A stretch of DNA of 53,635 bases from Lentisphaerota bacterium (lineage in GTDB: Bacteria > Verrucomicrobiota > Kiritimatiellia > UBA8416 > JAQBFJ01). This document shows positions 31,330 through 40,482 of this stretch, in pieces. Position 1 is the stretch's first letter. Each line of letters starts with the position of its first letter. Made by a program: the position numbers and the translations under genes. The stretch spans positions 1-53,635 of the forward strand of contig JBFZFB010000091.1 of the NCBI GenBank assembly GCA_041306605.1, in the 5' to 3' direction. Under the pieces are notes generated by a model, which saw nothing but the letters and a program-made list of their open reading frames with translations, made no database searches and had not been told where the DNA came from.

Positions 31330-32262
31330 CTATAAGACCGGATTTTTTTGCAGGGCAAATATTACCATAATAGCAATGCCATACAGGGCGATATTTACGA
31401 GAAGCGGCATATCTGTCAGCAGTATTTTTTCAGGCCTGTCTCCTTGCTTGTGGCGGTATACAAGGTCCAGGTATCTGAATATTCCGAACAAGACAAACGG
31501 TATGGTGAAGCCTAGTTTTGCCGTGCCGAACTTGCTGACGGTATCCGGAGACATGGTATATATGGCATAGCTGACTATTGTGGCGGAGCTTATTATGGAA
31601 ATGAGGTGATCCAGCAGTTGTTCGTCATATTTGTCGAGGGTGGGCCGTTGGGTGTTTATGACGTCGGCCAGTTGTATTTTTTCATGCCTGCGCTTGCACA
31701 GGGCGAGGAAAAGCGCCAGCAGAAACGTGCAGAGAAGGAGCCATGGTGAAATGTTTACATTTAGAACTACAGCTCCGGCAATGGCACGCAGGATAAATCC
31801 GGCGGCAATTGTAAATATGTCAAGGAAGGCAATCTGTTTTAACAGCAGGTTGTAAAGGAACTGAATGCCGATATAAGTTCCAATTACGTACGCCAGCGGA
31901 TGAGACAGTACGAACGATCCGGCGCAGGCTGTAATCAGAAGGGCAATAGCGGAAATCCATGCCAGAGACATGGGAAGATCGCCGGCCGGGATGGGTCTGT
32001 GTTTTTTTAGCGGGTGATGCCGGTCGGCGCTGACGTCTTTGATGTCGTTCAGGATATAGACACCGCTGGAGGCCAAGCAGAAAAGAAGCATGGCGCTTAA
32101 CCCGCGTATAAGGCTGGCAAGGCCTAGTTCATGACTGCGGGAATGGTCACCCAGAGCGAAAAAGAACGCGGCCAGGACGACGATGTTTTTTGTCCACTGA
32201 CTGGGCCTCATGGTTTTAATGAGGCTTATGATGGTTTTTCCTGATGAATTTTTATGATTCAT
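31330..32262 (-). CDS. UbiA-family decaprenyl-phosphate phosphoribosyltransferase-like enzyme
   Basis: MRPSQWTKN, NDIKDVSADRHHPLKKHRPIPAG (NDxxDxxxD), multi-TM. Start at 32262 forms an ATGA overlap with the upstream GT2 stop. Confidence 0.75.
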   Translation of the reverse strand: MNHKNSSGKTIISLIKTMRPSQWTKNIVVLAAFFFALGDHSRSHELGLASLIRGLSAMLLFCLASSGVYILNDIKDVSADRHHPLKKHRPIPAGDLPMSLAWISAIALLITACAGSFVLSHPLAYVIGTYIGIQFLYNLLLKQIAFLDIFTIAAGFILRAIAGAVVLNVNISPWLLLCTFLLALFLALCKRRHEKIQLADVINTQRPTLDKYDEQLLDHLISIISSATIVSYAIYTMSPDTVSKFGTAKLGFTIPFVLFGIFRYLDLVYRHKQGDRPEKILLTDMPLLVNIALYGIAIMVIFALQKNPVL

Positions 32263-33029
32263 GATTGTTTTGTGTTTGCGCCGCAGGTTTCGTTGTCGCC
32301 GGAAGGGCGCTGGCAAGGTTTGCGCTTGAAGCCGTTGCGAAAGGCGAGTTTCCATACCAGCCAGAGCGCTTCCTTGGCGATTGCGGCGCTCATTTTTGAA
32401 TAACCAATGCGTCTGTCTTCAAAAGTGATTGGTATTTCACCTATACGGAATCCCTTCATCCATGCGGTGTGTGTCATTTCGACCTGAAAAGAATATCCGT
32501 TTGAGATTATTTTATCCAATTCAATATTGGCAAGTACGCAACGCCGGTAGCATTTGAATCCGCCGGTAGGGTCGGTGACGGGCATGCCGGTGATCAGCCG
32601 GACATATGTTGAAGCTCCTTTGCTGAGAAGAAGGCGGCTGAAAGGCCAATTTGTTATACGGATGCCGTTAACATAGCGGGAACCCAGAACAAGGTCGGCG
32701 TTTTCGGCGGCTTTGATGAAGTTGGGTATTTCTTTCGGGTCATGAGAAAAATCGGCATCCATTTCAAAAATCAGGTCGTAGTCATGTTCGAGTGCCCATT
32801 TGAATCCTGATATATAAGCCCGGCCTAGTCCCGACTTGCCTTTTCCGTGAAGAACATGAATGCGCGGATCGGAAGCTGACATTTCGTCCGCGATGCGGCC
32901 TGTTCCGTCGGGAGAGTTATCGTCTACGAAAAGAATATGCACATCAGGCGCTATTTCTAAAATCGCTTTTGAGATCGGGCGGACATTATCTTTTTCGTCG
33001 TAGGTCGGAATGATAATCAACTTTTTCAT
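32259..33029 (-). CDS. GT2 polyprenol-phosphate mannosyl/glycosyl transferase (Dpm1/Ppm1-like)
   Basis: IIIPTYDEKDNV, FVDDNSPDGTG, MDADFSHDP. Start MKKLIII at 33029. Confidence 0.8.
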   Translation of the reverse strand: MKKLIIIPTYDEKDNVRPISKAILEIAPDVHILFVDDNSPDGTGRIADEMSASDPRIHVLHGKGKSGLGRAYISGFKWALEHDYDLIFEMDADFSHDPKEIPNFIKAAENADLVLGSRYVNGIRITNWPFSRLLLSKGASTYVRLITGMPVTDPTGGFKCYRRCVLANIELDKIISNGYSFQVEMTHTAWMKGFRIGEIPITFEDRRIGYSKMSAAIAKEALWLVWKLAFRNGFKRKPCQRPSGDNETCGANTKQS

Positions 33030-33200
33030 AATAGGTGGGATAATATGTAAACTTTCATTGTCCGGCAAGGTTATATTCTGGGTGTTTTTGAGCGGGTTTT
33101 GTTTTGGGTGCAGGGTTGAGCTTTTTGGCAGGTTAAATGTTGTTAAAGATATTTCCGGATGTTAGTATGGGCGCGTTTTTTAATCTTGCAGGGGGAAATT

Positions 33201-33749
33201 TTGAGCTATAAGATTCTAACTTACGGCGATACAGTGCTTCGTCAAAAGGCTCAGCCGGTCAAGGTGATTGATGAGAATATTCGCCAGCTGGCAGAAGATA
33301 TGCTGGGCACCATGTATCGCGCAAACGGGATAGGTCTTGCAGGTACGCAAATCGGGAGAAGTGAATCGATTTGCGTGATAGACATATCGGGTGTAGACAA
33401 GGCTACGCTTGGAGAAGATGAGGCATGTAATTGTGATGTTAAGATGCCGCTTGTGATGATAAATCCTCAAATTGTCAGCATGTGCGGGACCCAAACGGGG
33501 CAGGAAGGCTGTTTGAGTTTTCCGGGCATATTTGTTTCGGTCAAGCGTGCTGCTGACGTGGGGGTGAGGTTCAGAAACCTTAACGATGAGGAAGTTGTTA
33601 TTAGTGTCAAGGGGTTCCTGGCGCGCGCGGTTCAGCATGAGGTGGATCATTTGAACGGAGTGCTTCTGGTTGACAGGATGTCAGTTGCTCAGAAAGTAGC
33701 GGTGGCCGGAAAATTAAAGAGGTTGAAAAATAAAAATAAGGAAAGTTAG
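33201..33749 (+). CDS. def: Peptide deformylase
   Basis: GIGLAGTQIG, EGCLSFPG, QHEVDHLNG. TTG 33201 (SYKILTYGD...) preceded by GGGGGA; track start 33159 adds an atypical extension. Confidence 0.9.
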   Translation: MSYKILTYGDTVLRQKAQPVKVIDENIRQLAEDMLGTMYRANGIGLAGTQIGRSESICVIDISGVDKATLGEDEACNCDVKMPLVMINPQIVSMCGTQTGQEGCLSFPGIFVSVKRAADVGVRFRNLNDEEVVISVKGFLARAVQHEVDHLNGVLLVDRMSVAQKVAVAGKLKRLKNKNKES

Positions 33750-33788
33750 TGCGTCCTGTCAGCAGGTGGCTAATCAATGGAGGTGACG

Positions 33789-35183
33789 ATGGATGATAGG
33801 GTGAAGGAAATAACGGATTTAATTTTAAATGCCAGAGAAGAATCGCGGAAAGAGATAAAGAACATACAGCCTGAATTTTCGCAAAGAGTAAAATGGCCGA
33901 TAACGTGTACCGTCGGTCCCGGGCTTGAGGGTGCCATTGCCTGTGAAAGCGCGGTGGGATATGTAAACGGTTCTCAGGGGTCTTTGATATACCGCGGGTA
34001 TGATGTTTTTGATTTGTGTGCGTATTCGACGTATGAAGAAGTGTCGTATCTTCTTCTTCACGGGCACTTGCCTACTGCCGGGCAGTTGAAAAGGTTCAAC
34101 AAAAAGATGGTTGAATTCCGTTATATTCCAAATACATTACGGCGGTTTATGGGCAGTCCTATTGATCAAATGATGCCCATGGCGGCCTTGCGGCTTGGCG
34201 CTGATTATCTTAGGTTCCGTTTGACATGGCGAGACAGTGAATTCGCCAGGCCAAGTCCGAAAGACGGTCTTGCCGCGGATGAAGACTCGATTCCGATGGA
34301 GAAGAGTCCGACAGGTGAAGAGCATGCCATTTATGAAATTCCACATGAAAAGCTTGTTGCCCGCCCGCGCGGTGAGAAGAAAAAAGATGATGCGTTGAGT
34401 ATAGATTCATGCATCCATTTGATATCCGGCATAGCCACGATAGCGGCGGCGGTAATGCGTTTGCGTGATGAGAAGATGCCGGTGGAGCCGGATGCTGAAT
34501 TGAGTCATGCTGCCAATCTGCTTTATATGATGACGGGGAAGAAGCCGACACCTGTGGAAGAGCGGATCATGGATGTTGCTTTGATACTGCACGCGGACCA
34601 CGGTATGAACGCGAGTACATTCGCCGCGATGGTTGTGGCGTCCACGATGGCTGATATATATCTTTCGGTAGGTTCCGGAATATCGGCGTTAAGCGGGGCT
34701 CTGCATGGCGGTGCAAATGAGCTGGTGATAAAAGTTATCAAAGAGGTTGATAAAGAAGGGGACGTTGGGGCGTGGTACGACAGGCAGAGGGCGAAAAAGC
34801 ACAAGATTCCGGGGTTTGGGCACCGTGTTTATAAAACATATGATCCGCGCGCCCGTATTCTCGGACCTCTGGCTAAATATCTGGCGAAGACAACGAAGAA
34901 AAATTCTTCATTGATCAGAACAGCGGAAAAGCTGGAGAAGATAGTTGTTGCCGACCTCGGAAAGAAAAAGAATATTTTCCCGAACGTGGATTTTTATTCA
35001 GGTCTTGTTTATGACTGCATGGGAATACCTGAATCGATGTTTACACCTTTGTTCGCGGTCAGCCGTGTTGCCGGCTGGACGGCTAGAGTGAGTGAATATC
35101 TCAAGAAAAACAGGATTTTCCGTCCGCGCTCGACATATATCGGTGAGTTTTATAAAGAGTACACACCGCTTGATCAACGGTAA
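33789..35183 (+). CDS. gltA: Citrate synthase
   Basis: GSLIYRGYDVFDL, LILHADHGMNASTF, GFGHRVYKTYDPRA, VSRVAGW. ATG 33789 has GGAGGTG 5 nt upstream (track start 33777). Confidence 0.9.
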   Translation: MDDRVKEITDLILNAREESRKEIKNIQPEFSQRVKWPITCTVGPGLEGAIACESAVGYVNGSQGSLIYRGYDVFDLCAYSTYEEVSYLLLHGHLPTAGQLKRFNKKMVEFRYIPNTLRRFMGSPIDQMMPMAALRLGADYLRFRLTWRDSEFARPSPKDGLAADEDSIPMEKSPTGEEHAIYEIPHEKLVARPRGEKKKDDALSIDSCIHLISGIATIAAAVMRLRDEKMPVEPDAELSHAANLLYMMTGKKPTPVEERIMDVALILHADHGMNASTFAAMVVASTMADIYLSVGSGISALSGALHGGANELVIKVIKEVDKEGDVGAWYDRQRAKKHKIPGFGHRVYKTYDPRARILGPLAKYLAKTTKKNSSLIRTAEKLEKIVVADLGKKKNIFPNVDFYSGLVYDCMGIPESMFTPLFAVSRVAGWTARVSEYLKKNRIFRPRSTYIGEFYKEYTPLDQR

Positions 35184-35210
35184 TGCCGGGTGCCGCTTTT
35201 TGGCGTCCGA

Positions 35211-36071
35211 TTACACGTTTTGAGTTTCTGTGTGCGCAGTGTTTGGCTGGGGTGTGTCGGTCTGTTCTTTGGGCGCAGTTTCGGGACCGGGTGCGCCTGT
35301 GTGTGATCGTTTTATAAATTCCTTGGCAAAATGTTTGTATGCCTTTGCTCCGGATGAACTCGGGTCATATTGAATTATGGCCTGTCCGTAGCTGGGGGCT
35401 TCGCTTATGCGCACATTGCGCGGGATTATTGTGTCGTATACTTTATTGCCGAAATGGCGCCAGACTTCTTTGACTACGTCTGCCGCCAGGTTTGTACGGC
35501 CGTCGAACATGGTCATTAATATTCCTTCCAGTTCAATGCGGGGGTTTGCTCCGCTCTGATGGAGTTTTTCGATCAGCCGAACGATAACGCTGAGTCCTTC
35601 CAGCGCGTAATACTCACACTGCATGGGAACGATCAGTGAATCGGCGGCTGCCAGCGCGTTCATAGTCAAAATACCGAGAGATGGCGGGCAGTCCACGAAA
35701 ATGAAATCATATTTATTTTCTCCGATTACAGGTGTAACAGCGTTGCGGAAGCAGTGCAGGTAGCCTTCCGAGCGGGCTATATCAACTTCTGATCCCGCGA
35801 GATCCAGCTCGGATGCGATGATGTTGAGTCCGGGTGTGGATGTTTCCTGTATGAGGGATAAGGCAGTTCCGTTTCCGAGAAGGGGCTGATAGAGGCTCAT
35901 GCCGCTAGCGGGTGTTATGCCGATTCCGCTTGTGGCATTGCACTGCGGATCAATGTCTATTAGCAGAACTTTGTGGCCCAGTTCGGCGAGGCATACGGAC
36001 AGATTGATCACGGTTGTTGTTTTTCCAACGCCGCCTTTCTGATTTGCTACGGCTATCATTCTGGTTTTCAT
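35211..36071 (-). CDS. ParA/Soj-family P-loop ATPase (no adjacent ParB)
   Basis: Deviant Walker A NQKGGVGKTTT, DIDPQCNAT, FVDCPPSLG. Its start overlaps the leuD stop by 4 nt. Low-complexity C-terminal tail. Confidence 0.85.
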   Translation of the reverse strand: MKTRMIAVANQKGGVGKTTTVINLSVCLAELGHKVLLIDIDPQCNATSGIGITPASGMSLYQPLLGNGTALSLIQETSTPGLNIIASELDLAGSEVDIARSEGYLHCFRNAVTPVIGENKYDFIFVDCPPSLGILTMNALAAADSLIVPMQCEYYALEGLSVIVRLIEKLHQSGANPRIELEGILMTMFDGRTNLAADVVKEVWRHFGNKVYDTIIPRNVRISEAPSYGQAIIQYDPSSSGAKAYKHFAKEFIKRSHTGAPGPETAPKEQTDTPQPNTAHTETQNV

Positions 36072-36616
36072 ATCATTTTTTCATTTTTCGCATAGGCAAA
36101 AAGGCCGCCGGACTTTATTACCGGAGCCACAGCGCCAAGGGATTTAAGGTCGAAAATCTGCCCTGATGATAAGTTTGTTATCTGGCCTGATTGTATGTTG
36201 ATCTGAACATTTTCGCCGGTTTTAAATTGTTCACACAGGCATTGTGTGCTTTCGAGAGGGTATAATTCTCCGGTGGCCACAGCGTTTCTGAAGAAAATGC
36301 GCGCGTATGATTCAGCCACGACTGCTCTCACGCCGGCGGCGCCGAGGCACACGGGCGCGTGTTCGCGTGATGATCCGCAACCGAAGTTTTTCCCGGCGAT
36401 GATAACGTTAAATTCGGATTCATTCCTGCCTTCCTCGACAAAGCGTGGAAAATTATCGGGCAGTCCGGAGAGAGCGTAACTGCCGAGTTTCTTGTATTCC
36501 TCAGGTATTCCCGGAATCAAAGTGAGATATTGAGCCGGGATTATTATGTCAGTGTCTATGTTGTCTCCCAGTACGTATGCTTTGCCTGTTATAATGTCGT
36601 TATCGTTTTTTGTCAT
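36068..36616 (-). CDS. leuD: 3-isopropylmalate dehydratase / homoaconitase small subunit (archaeal-type)
   Basis: GDNIDTDIIIPAQYL and GKNFGCGSSREHAP motifs. 182 aa. Confidence 0.8.
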   Translation of the reverse strand: MTKNDNDIITGKAYVLGDNIDTDIIIPAQYLTLIPGIPEEYKKLGSYALSGLPDNFPRFVEEGRNESEFNVIIAGKNFGCGSSREHAPVCLGAAGVRAVVAESYARIFFRNAVATGELYPLESTQCLCEQFKTGENVQINIQSGQITNLSSGQIFDLKSLGAVAPVIKSGGLFAYAKNEKMI

Positions 36617-36629
36617 GACTTGTTAACCT

Positions 36630-37928
36630 TTACATAAAATCGCGCGGATCTGTTATATAACCGGTGATTGCCGACGCGGCCGCTGTCAGAGGAGAAGCGA
36701 GATAGATGGACGCGTGTTTGGATCCCATGCGATTGATGAAGTTTCTATTGGTTGTGCTTATGACAACTTCATTTCCATGTGTTCTGCCGAAAGTGTCTTC
36801 GGGGCCGCCGAGGCACGCGGCGCAGGATGGCGGGGCAATGTCTTTACAGCCGGCTTCGGCAAAGATTTCCAGCAGAGATTTATTTTCTATGGTATTTGTC
36901 AATAGACCTTCCGCGACTTCAGCGGTAGCGGGGACGAGGAATGTATCTATTTTGACTTTCCGGCCTTTGAGTATTTTCGCGGCCATGATGAAATCTGCCA
37001 GTTTGCCGCCGGTGCAGGACCCGATATAAGCGCGGTCGAGTTTTACTTTTGATCTATCTTTGGCGGGCGCGTAATTTGACGGCAGATGCGGTTCTGCCAC
37101 ACATGGAACAAAAGTTGAAACATCATAATCATAATGTTTTGCGACCGGCGCGTTTTTGTCACTGTACACGGGAGTGAAAGGTTTATTCGTTCTGGCTTTG
37201 ACGTAATCAAGGGTTTTCTGGTCAGGCTCGATAATGCCGTTTTTGGCTCCGGCTTCTATGGCCATGTTGCATATTGTCATACGTTCCTCGATATCGAGGC
37301 TGGCTATTGCTTCGCCTTGAAATTCCATCGCGCAATATGTTGCGCCGTCAACGCCTATATCGCCGATGATACGGAGTATTATATCTTTTCCGGTAATGTA
37401 GTCCGGTTTTGAGCCGTTGAGCTGGAATCTGATTGTTTCGGGCACTTTCAGCAGAAGTTTGCCTGTTCCCATTACGAAAGCGGCGTCTGTATTGCCTATT
37501 CCGGTGGCGAAAGCGCCCAATGCTCCATGAGTGCAGGTGTGAGAGTCGGTTCCGAAGATTACCTCGCCGGGCCGGACGTGACCCTCCTGAGGCAGGGCAA
37601 GGTGGCATACGCCTTTATAGGCCGGTGTGCCCACATCGTAATAATGCGGCAGACTTTGTTCCTTTGCGAAAGTGCGCAGAATATCAACATTGCGGTGCGC
37701 TTTCTTGTCGGCCGTAAAGATGTAGTGATCGGGTATTATTACGACCTTGTCTTCATTCCATACTCTGGTGTTGGAACCGAATTTATCTTTAAAAATCTCA
37801 ATTGTGCCTGGGCCGCAGACGTCGTGAGTCAGCAGGATATCCGCGTTGGTCCAGATGTTTTCACCCGGTTTTACGCTTTTATTACCTGAAGCTCTTGCCA
37901 GTATTTTTTCAGTGATTGTCGCGCTCAT
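36630..37928 (-). CDS. leuC: 3-isopropylmalate dehydratase / homoaconitase large subunit (archaeal-type)
   Basis: LLTHDVCGP, GTDSHTCTHGALGAFA, IGSCTGG, TNRNFINRMG. Aconitase-family Fe-S ligand regions. Confidence 0.85.
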   Translation of the reverse strand: MSATITEKILARASGNKSVKPGENIWTNADILLTHDVCGPGTIEIFKDKFGSNTRVWNEDKVVIIPDHYIFTADKKAHRNVDILRTFAKEQSLPHYYDVGTPAYKGVCHLALPQEGHVRPGEVIFGTDSHTCTHGALGAFATGIGNTDAAFVMGTGKLLLKVPETIRFQLNGSKPDYITGKDIILRIIGDIGVDGATYCAMEFQGEAIASLDIEERMTICNMAIEAGAKNGIIEPDQKTLDYVKARTNKPFTPVYSDKNAPVAKHYDYDVSTFVPCVAEPHLPSNYAPAKDRSKVKLDRAYIGSCTGGKLADFIMAAKILKGRKVKIDTFLVPATAEVAEGLLTNTIENKSLLEIFAEAGCKDIAPPSCAACLGGPEDTFGRTHGNEVVISTTNRNFINRMGSKHASIYLASPLTAAASAITGYITDPRDFM

Positions 37929-37960
37929 TATTATTTCTCAAGCAGGATATATAGGCCTTA

Positions 37961-38656
37961 TTATTTGTTTTTTACCAGTGAGAAGAATCGATCCTCGTAT
38001 TCTTTAAACACTCTATAAGTCTGCAGTTTTTTTGCGAGATCGTTGATAAGCGATCTGTCTTTGCCTGCCGCTTCGAATGAGGCCTCTATTTCCTCGCGGA
38101 TGCCTTTCAAAATGCCGCCTTCATTATCAAACATGTGTTGTTGTTCAAGTTGTTGAAAATTGATTCGAACGGATTTTTCCATGATTTTTGCGAACAGTTT
38201 TATCAGGCATACGTCCCATGGCTTATCAACGCCAATCACCACGGCGCTGAGCGGGTCATCCTTCGCTTTTACTTCTGATTTGACACGCTCCACTACGGCC
38301 TGCAGATTGTCTGAAATGACATGTTCGCTGAATTCCTGCTGTTTGAGCGTGTAGCCGTATTGAAGAACGCGAACGGCCGATTCGTTTTCCCTCAGCCATT
38401 CGAGATATTTGCCGGCCTGTTCGCCGAACCCTTCAAGTATGATTTCTGAATATGATTGTGGCGCTATGATTTTAGGCTGGCTGGCGTGCATTCTGCCTTC
38501 CCGGACCCTGACCTGGTTCACGCTGTCCATTAATTCGCTTACAAGATGGTAATTAAGAACTGTTGTGCCGAATGTTTCGATATGCTGTTTGGGCAGCATT
38601 ATAATCCGGGTGTTGTTAACGGCATACCAGAAATTTAATGGATCATTCTTTTTCAT
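37961..38656 (-). CDS. Conserved hypothetical protein
   Basis: 231-aa ORF, first gene of the apparent hyp-leuC-leuD-parA transcription unit. No domain recognised. Confidence 0.6.
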   Translation of the reverse strand: MKKNDPLNFWYAVNNTRIIMLPKQHIETFGTTVLNYHLVSELMDSVNQVRVREGRMHASQPKIIAPQSYSEIILEGFGEQAGKYLEWLRENESAVRVLQYGYTLKQQEFSEHVISDNLQAVVERVKSEVKAKDDPLSAVVIGVDKPWDVCLIKLFAKIMEKSVRINFQQLEQQHMFDNEGGILKGIREEIEASFEAAGKDRSLINDLAKKLQTYRVFKEYEDRFFSLVKNK

Positions 38657-38760
38657 GACTTAGAATTAATAGCAAAAAGTACGGAAAAGAAAACATTTTT
38701 TTCCTGATTTAGACCATAAAGAAAAGCAATTCCTGCCTGCCATGCGGTTTGCAGTGCTTG

Positions 38761-39210
38761 TTATTGGTCGGTATTGAGCTCCACTGTCACGGGGCCTTCG
38801 TTGATGATTTCAACTGTCATCATGGCTCTGAAAATTCCGGTGAATACACGTGTTTCTCCGATGGCTTTGCGGAGGGTTTCGACGTATATATTATAGAGAT
38901 TCCCGGCAGTTTCGGGTGGTGCGGCGTTGACAAAACTGGGTCTATTGCCTTTACGTGTGTCGGCGTACAGTGTAAATTGTGAAATTACAAGTATTTCACC
39001 GTTTATATCCTGTATTGAAAGATTCATGCGGTCATTTTCGTCGGGGAATACCCGCAGGCACACGGTTTTGGCGGCAAGCCGGCGTGCGTCTTCTTCGGTG
39101 TCGCCTGTTTTTACACCCAGCAATACGACATATCCGCGGTTGATCTGGCCGGTTATTTTGTTGTCAACCGTGACACTTCCGCGTGACACTCTTTGTATTA
39201 ATGCTTTCAT
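38761..39210 (-). CDS. dtd: D-aminoacyl-tRNA deacylase
   Basis: MKALIQRV..., VLLGV..GD, SQFTLYADTRKGNRPSF. 149 aa. Confidence 0.9.
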   Translation of the reverse strand: MKALIQRVSRGSVTVDNKITGQINRGYVVLLGVKTGDTEEDARRLAAKTVCLRVFPDENDRMNLSIQDINGEILVISQFTLYADTRKGNRPSFVNAAPPETAGNLYNIYVETLRKAIGETRVFTGIFRAMMTVEIINEGPVTVELNTDQ

Positions 39211-39414
39211 TTTTCAGTTACCCACTGTTTCGCCTTACTATCGATTCGTGTTTACGATAATCGTAATGCTGTTTTTTGCAATAAAAGTTTTTTGTAAAGA
39301 TGCGTAATTTAAGGACGGGATCTTCCGCGGATTGTGATATAAAAGGCTTGTTTCATTGTGAAACATTGAAATAGAGTAATTTGATTTCCCTGAAAATCAC
39401 GAGGGGGCTGAACA

Positions 39415-39813
39415 ATGATAAAAAGTTTTTCTGTAAAAACAGGGGCAAGATCTGATTTTGTTGACATTACCGGCCGGGTTCAAGGTGTTGTCAGCGAGGC
39501 GGGTGCGGATGACGGTGTTGTGACTGTTTTTGTGCCGCATACCACCGCGGGTATCACTGTTAACGAAAATGCCGATCCTGACGTGGTGGTTGACATTATC
39601 GCGGCGCTGGAAAAAATTGTGCCGTGGCAAGGAGGGTACCGGCATTGTGAGGGCAACTCTGCGGCGCACGTCAAAGCCAGTATGATGGGATCATCCGTTC
39701 AATTGCCGGTAAGCGGCGGGCGGATAAAGCTTGGAACATGGCAGGCTGTGTATTTGTGCGAATTTGACGGGCCGCGCACGCGCCAGGTTGAAGTGGTGAT
39801 TGATAAACACTGA
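39415..39813 (+). CDS. yjbQ: YjbQ/UPF0047 family protein (secondary thiamine-phosphate synthase)
   Basis: FVPHTTAGITVNENADP, NSAAHVKASMMG, LGTWQAVYLCEFDGPR. Confidence 0.85.
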   Translation: MIKSFSVKTGARSDFVDITGRVQGVVSEAGADDGVVTVFVPHTTAGITVNENADPDVVVDIIAALEKIVPWQGGYRHCEGNSAAHVKASMMGSSVQLPVSGGRIKLGTWQAVYLCEFDGPRTRQVEVVIDKH

Positions 39814-39854
39814 TGTAAAAAAGATTTTAGGTTTATAGCCGGAAGAGGGGATGT

Positions 39855-40478
39855 GTGAATCATAAAAATGTCAAGCGACAGGCGATTCTCATTCTGGGCC
39901 CTACCGGGTCGGGCAAGACGCCGCTGGGGGAATATCTGGAGAGTTCCGGTCTGCAGGGGAAGCGGTGCGCCCATTTTGATTTTGGCGCGAACCTGCGTGA
40001 ACTGGCGGGTGGAAAGTCATGTTGTGAATTATTGACGCCGGAAGATGTTCAGGTTGTAAGTCATCTCTTGAGAACAGGCGCTCTGCTGGAGATGAATCAG
40101 TTTCACATCGCGCGCAAGATATTGACGTGGTTCATGGATGGCAGGGGAATGACAGAAGAAGACTGGGTGATCCTCAACGGAATGCCGCGTCATATCGGCC
40201 AGGCGGAAGGGGTGGCTGATATTGTTGATGTTAAGAAGGTGGTGTATCTGGAGTGTGAATCGCGGGTCATAGTCGAAAGAATAAGGCTGAATGCCGGGGG
40301 CGACAGGACTGGCAGGGTGGATGATTCAGAGTCTGAAATAGCTGCAAAACTGAAGCTTTTTCAGGAAAGGACTGTTCCTCTTCTTGACCATTACCATGGA
40401 AAAGGGATAAGGATAGTCCGTGTTCGGATTAAAGAGAGGACCATGCCGAGGGATGTGGCTCTTATAATTGGGGGATGA
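39855..40478 (+). CDS. Adenylate kinase-family nucleoside monophosphate kinase (divergent)
   Basis: P-loop ILGPTGSGKT. LNGMPRHIGQAE parallels LDGFPRT..QA. RVDDSESEIAAKLKLFQERTVPLLDHY parallels the R.DD..E..RL..Y..T.P region. GTG start. Confidence 0.65.
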   Translation: MNHKNVKRQAILILGPTGSGKTPLGEYLESSGLQGKRCAHFDFGANLRELAGGKSCCELLTPEDVQVVSHLLRTGALLEMNQFHIARKILTWFMDGRGMTEEDWVILNGMPRHIGQAEGVADIVDVKKVVYLECESRVIVERIRLNAGGDRTGRVDDSESEIAAKLKLFQERTVPLLDHYHGKGIRIVRVRIKERTMPRDVALIIGG

Positions 40479-40482
40479 TAAA

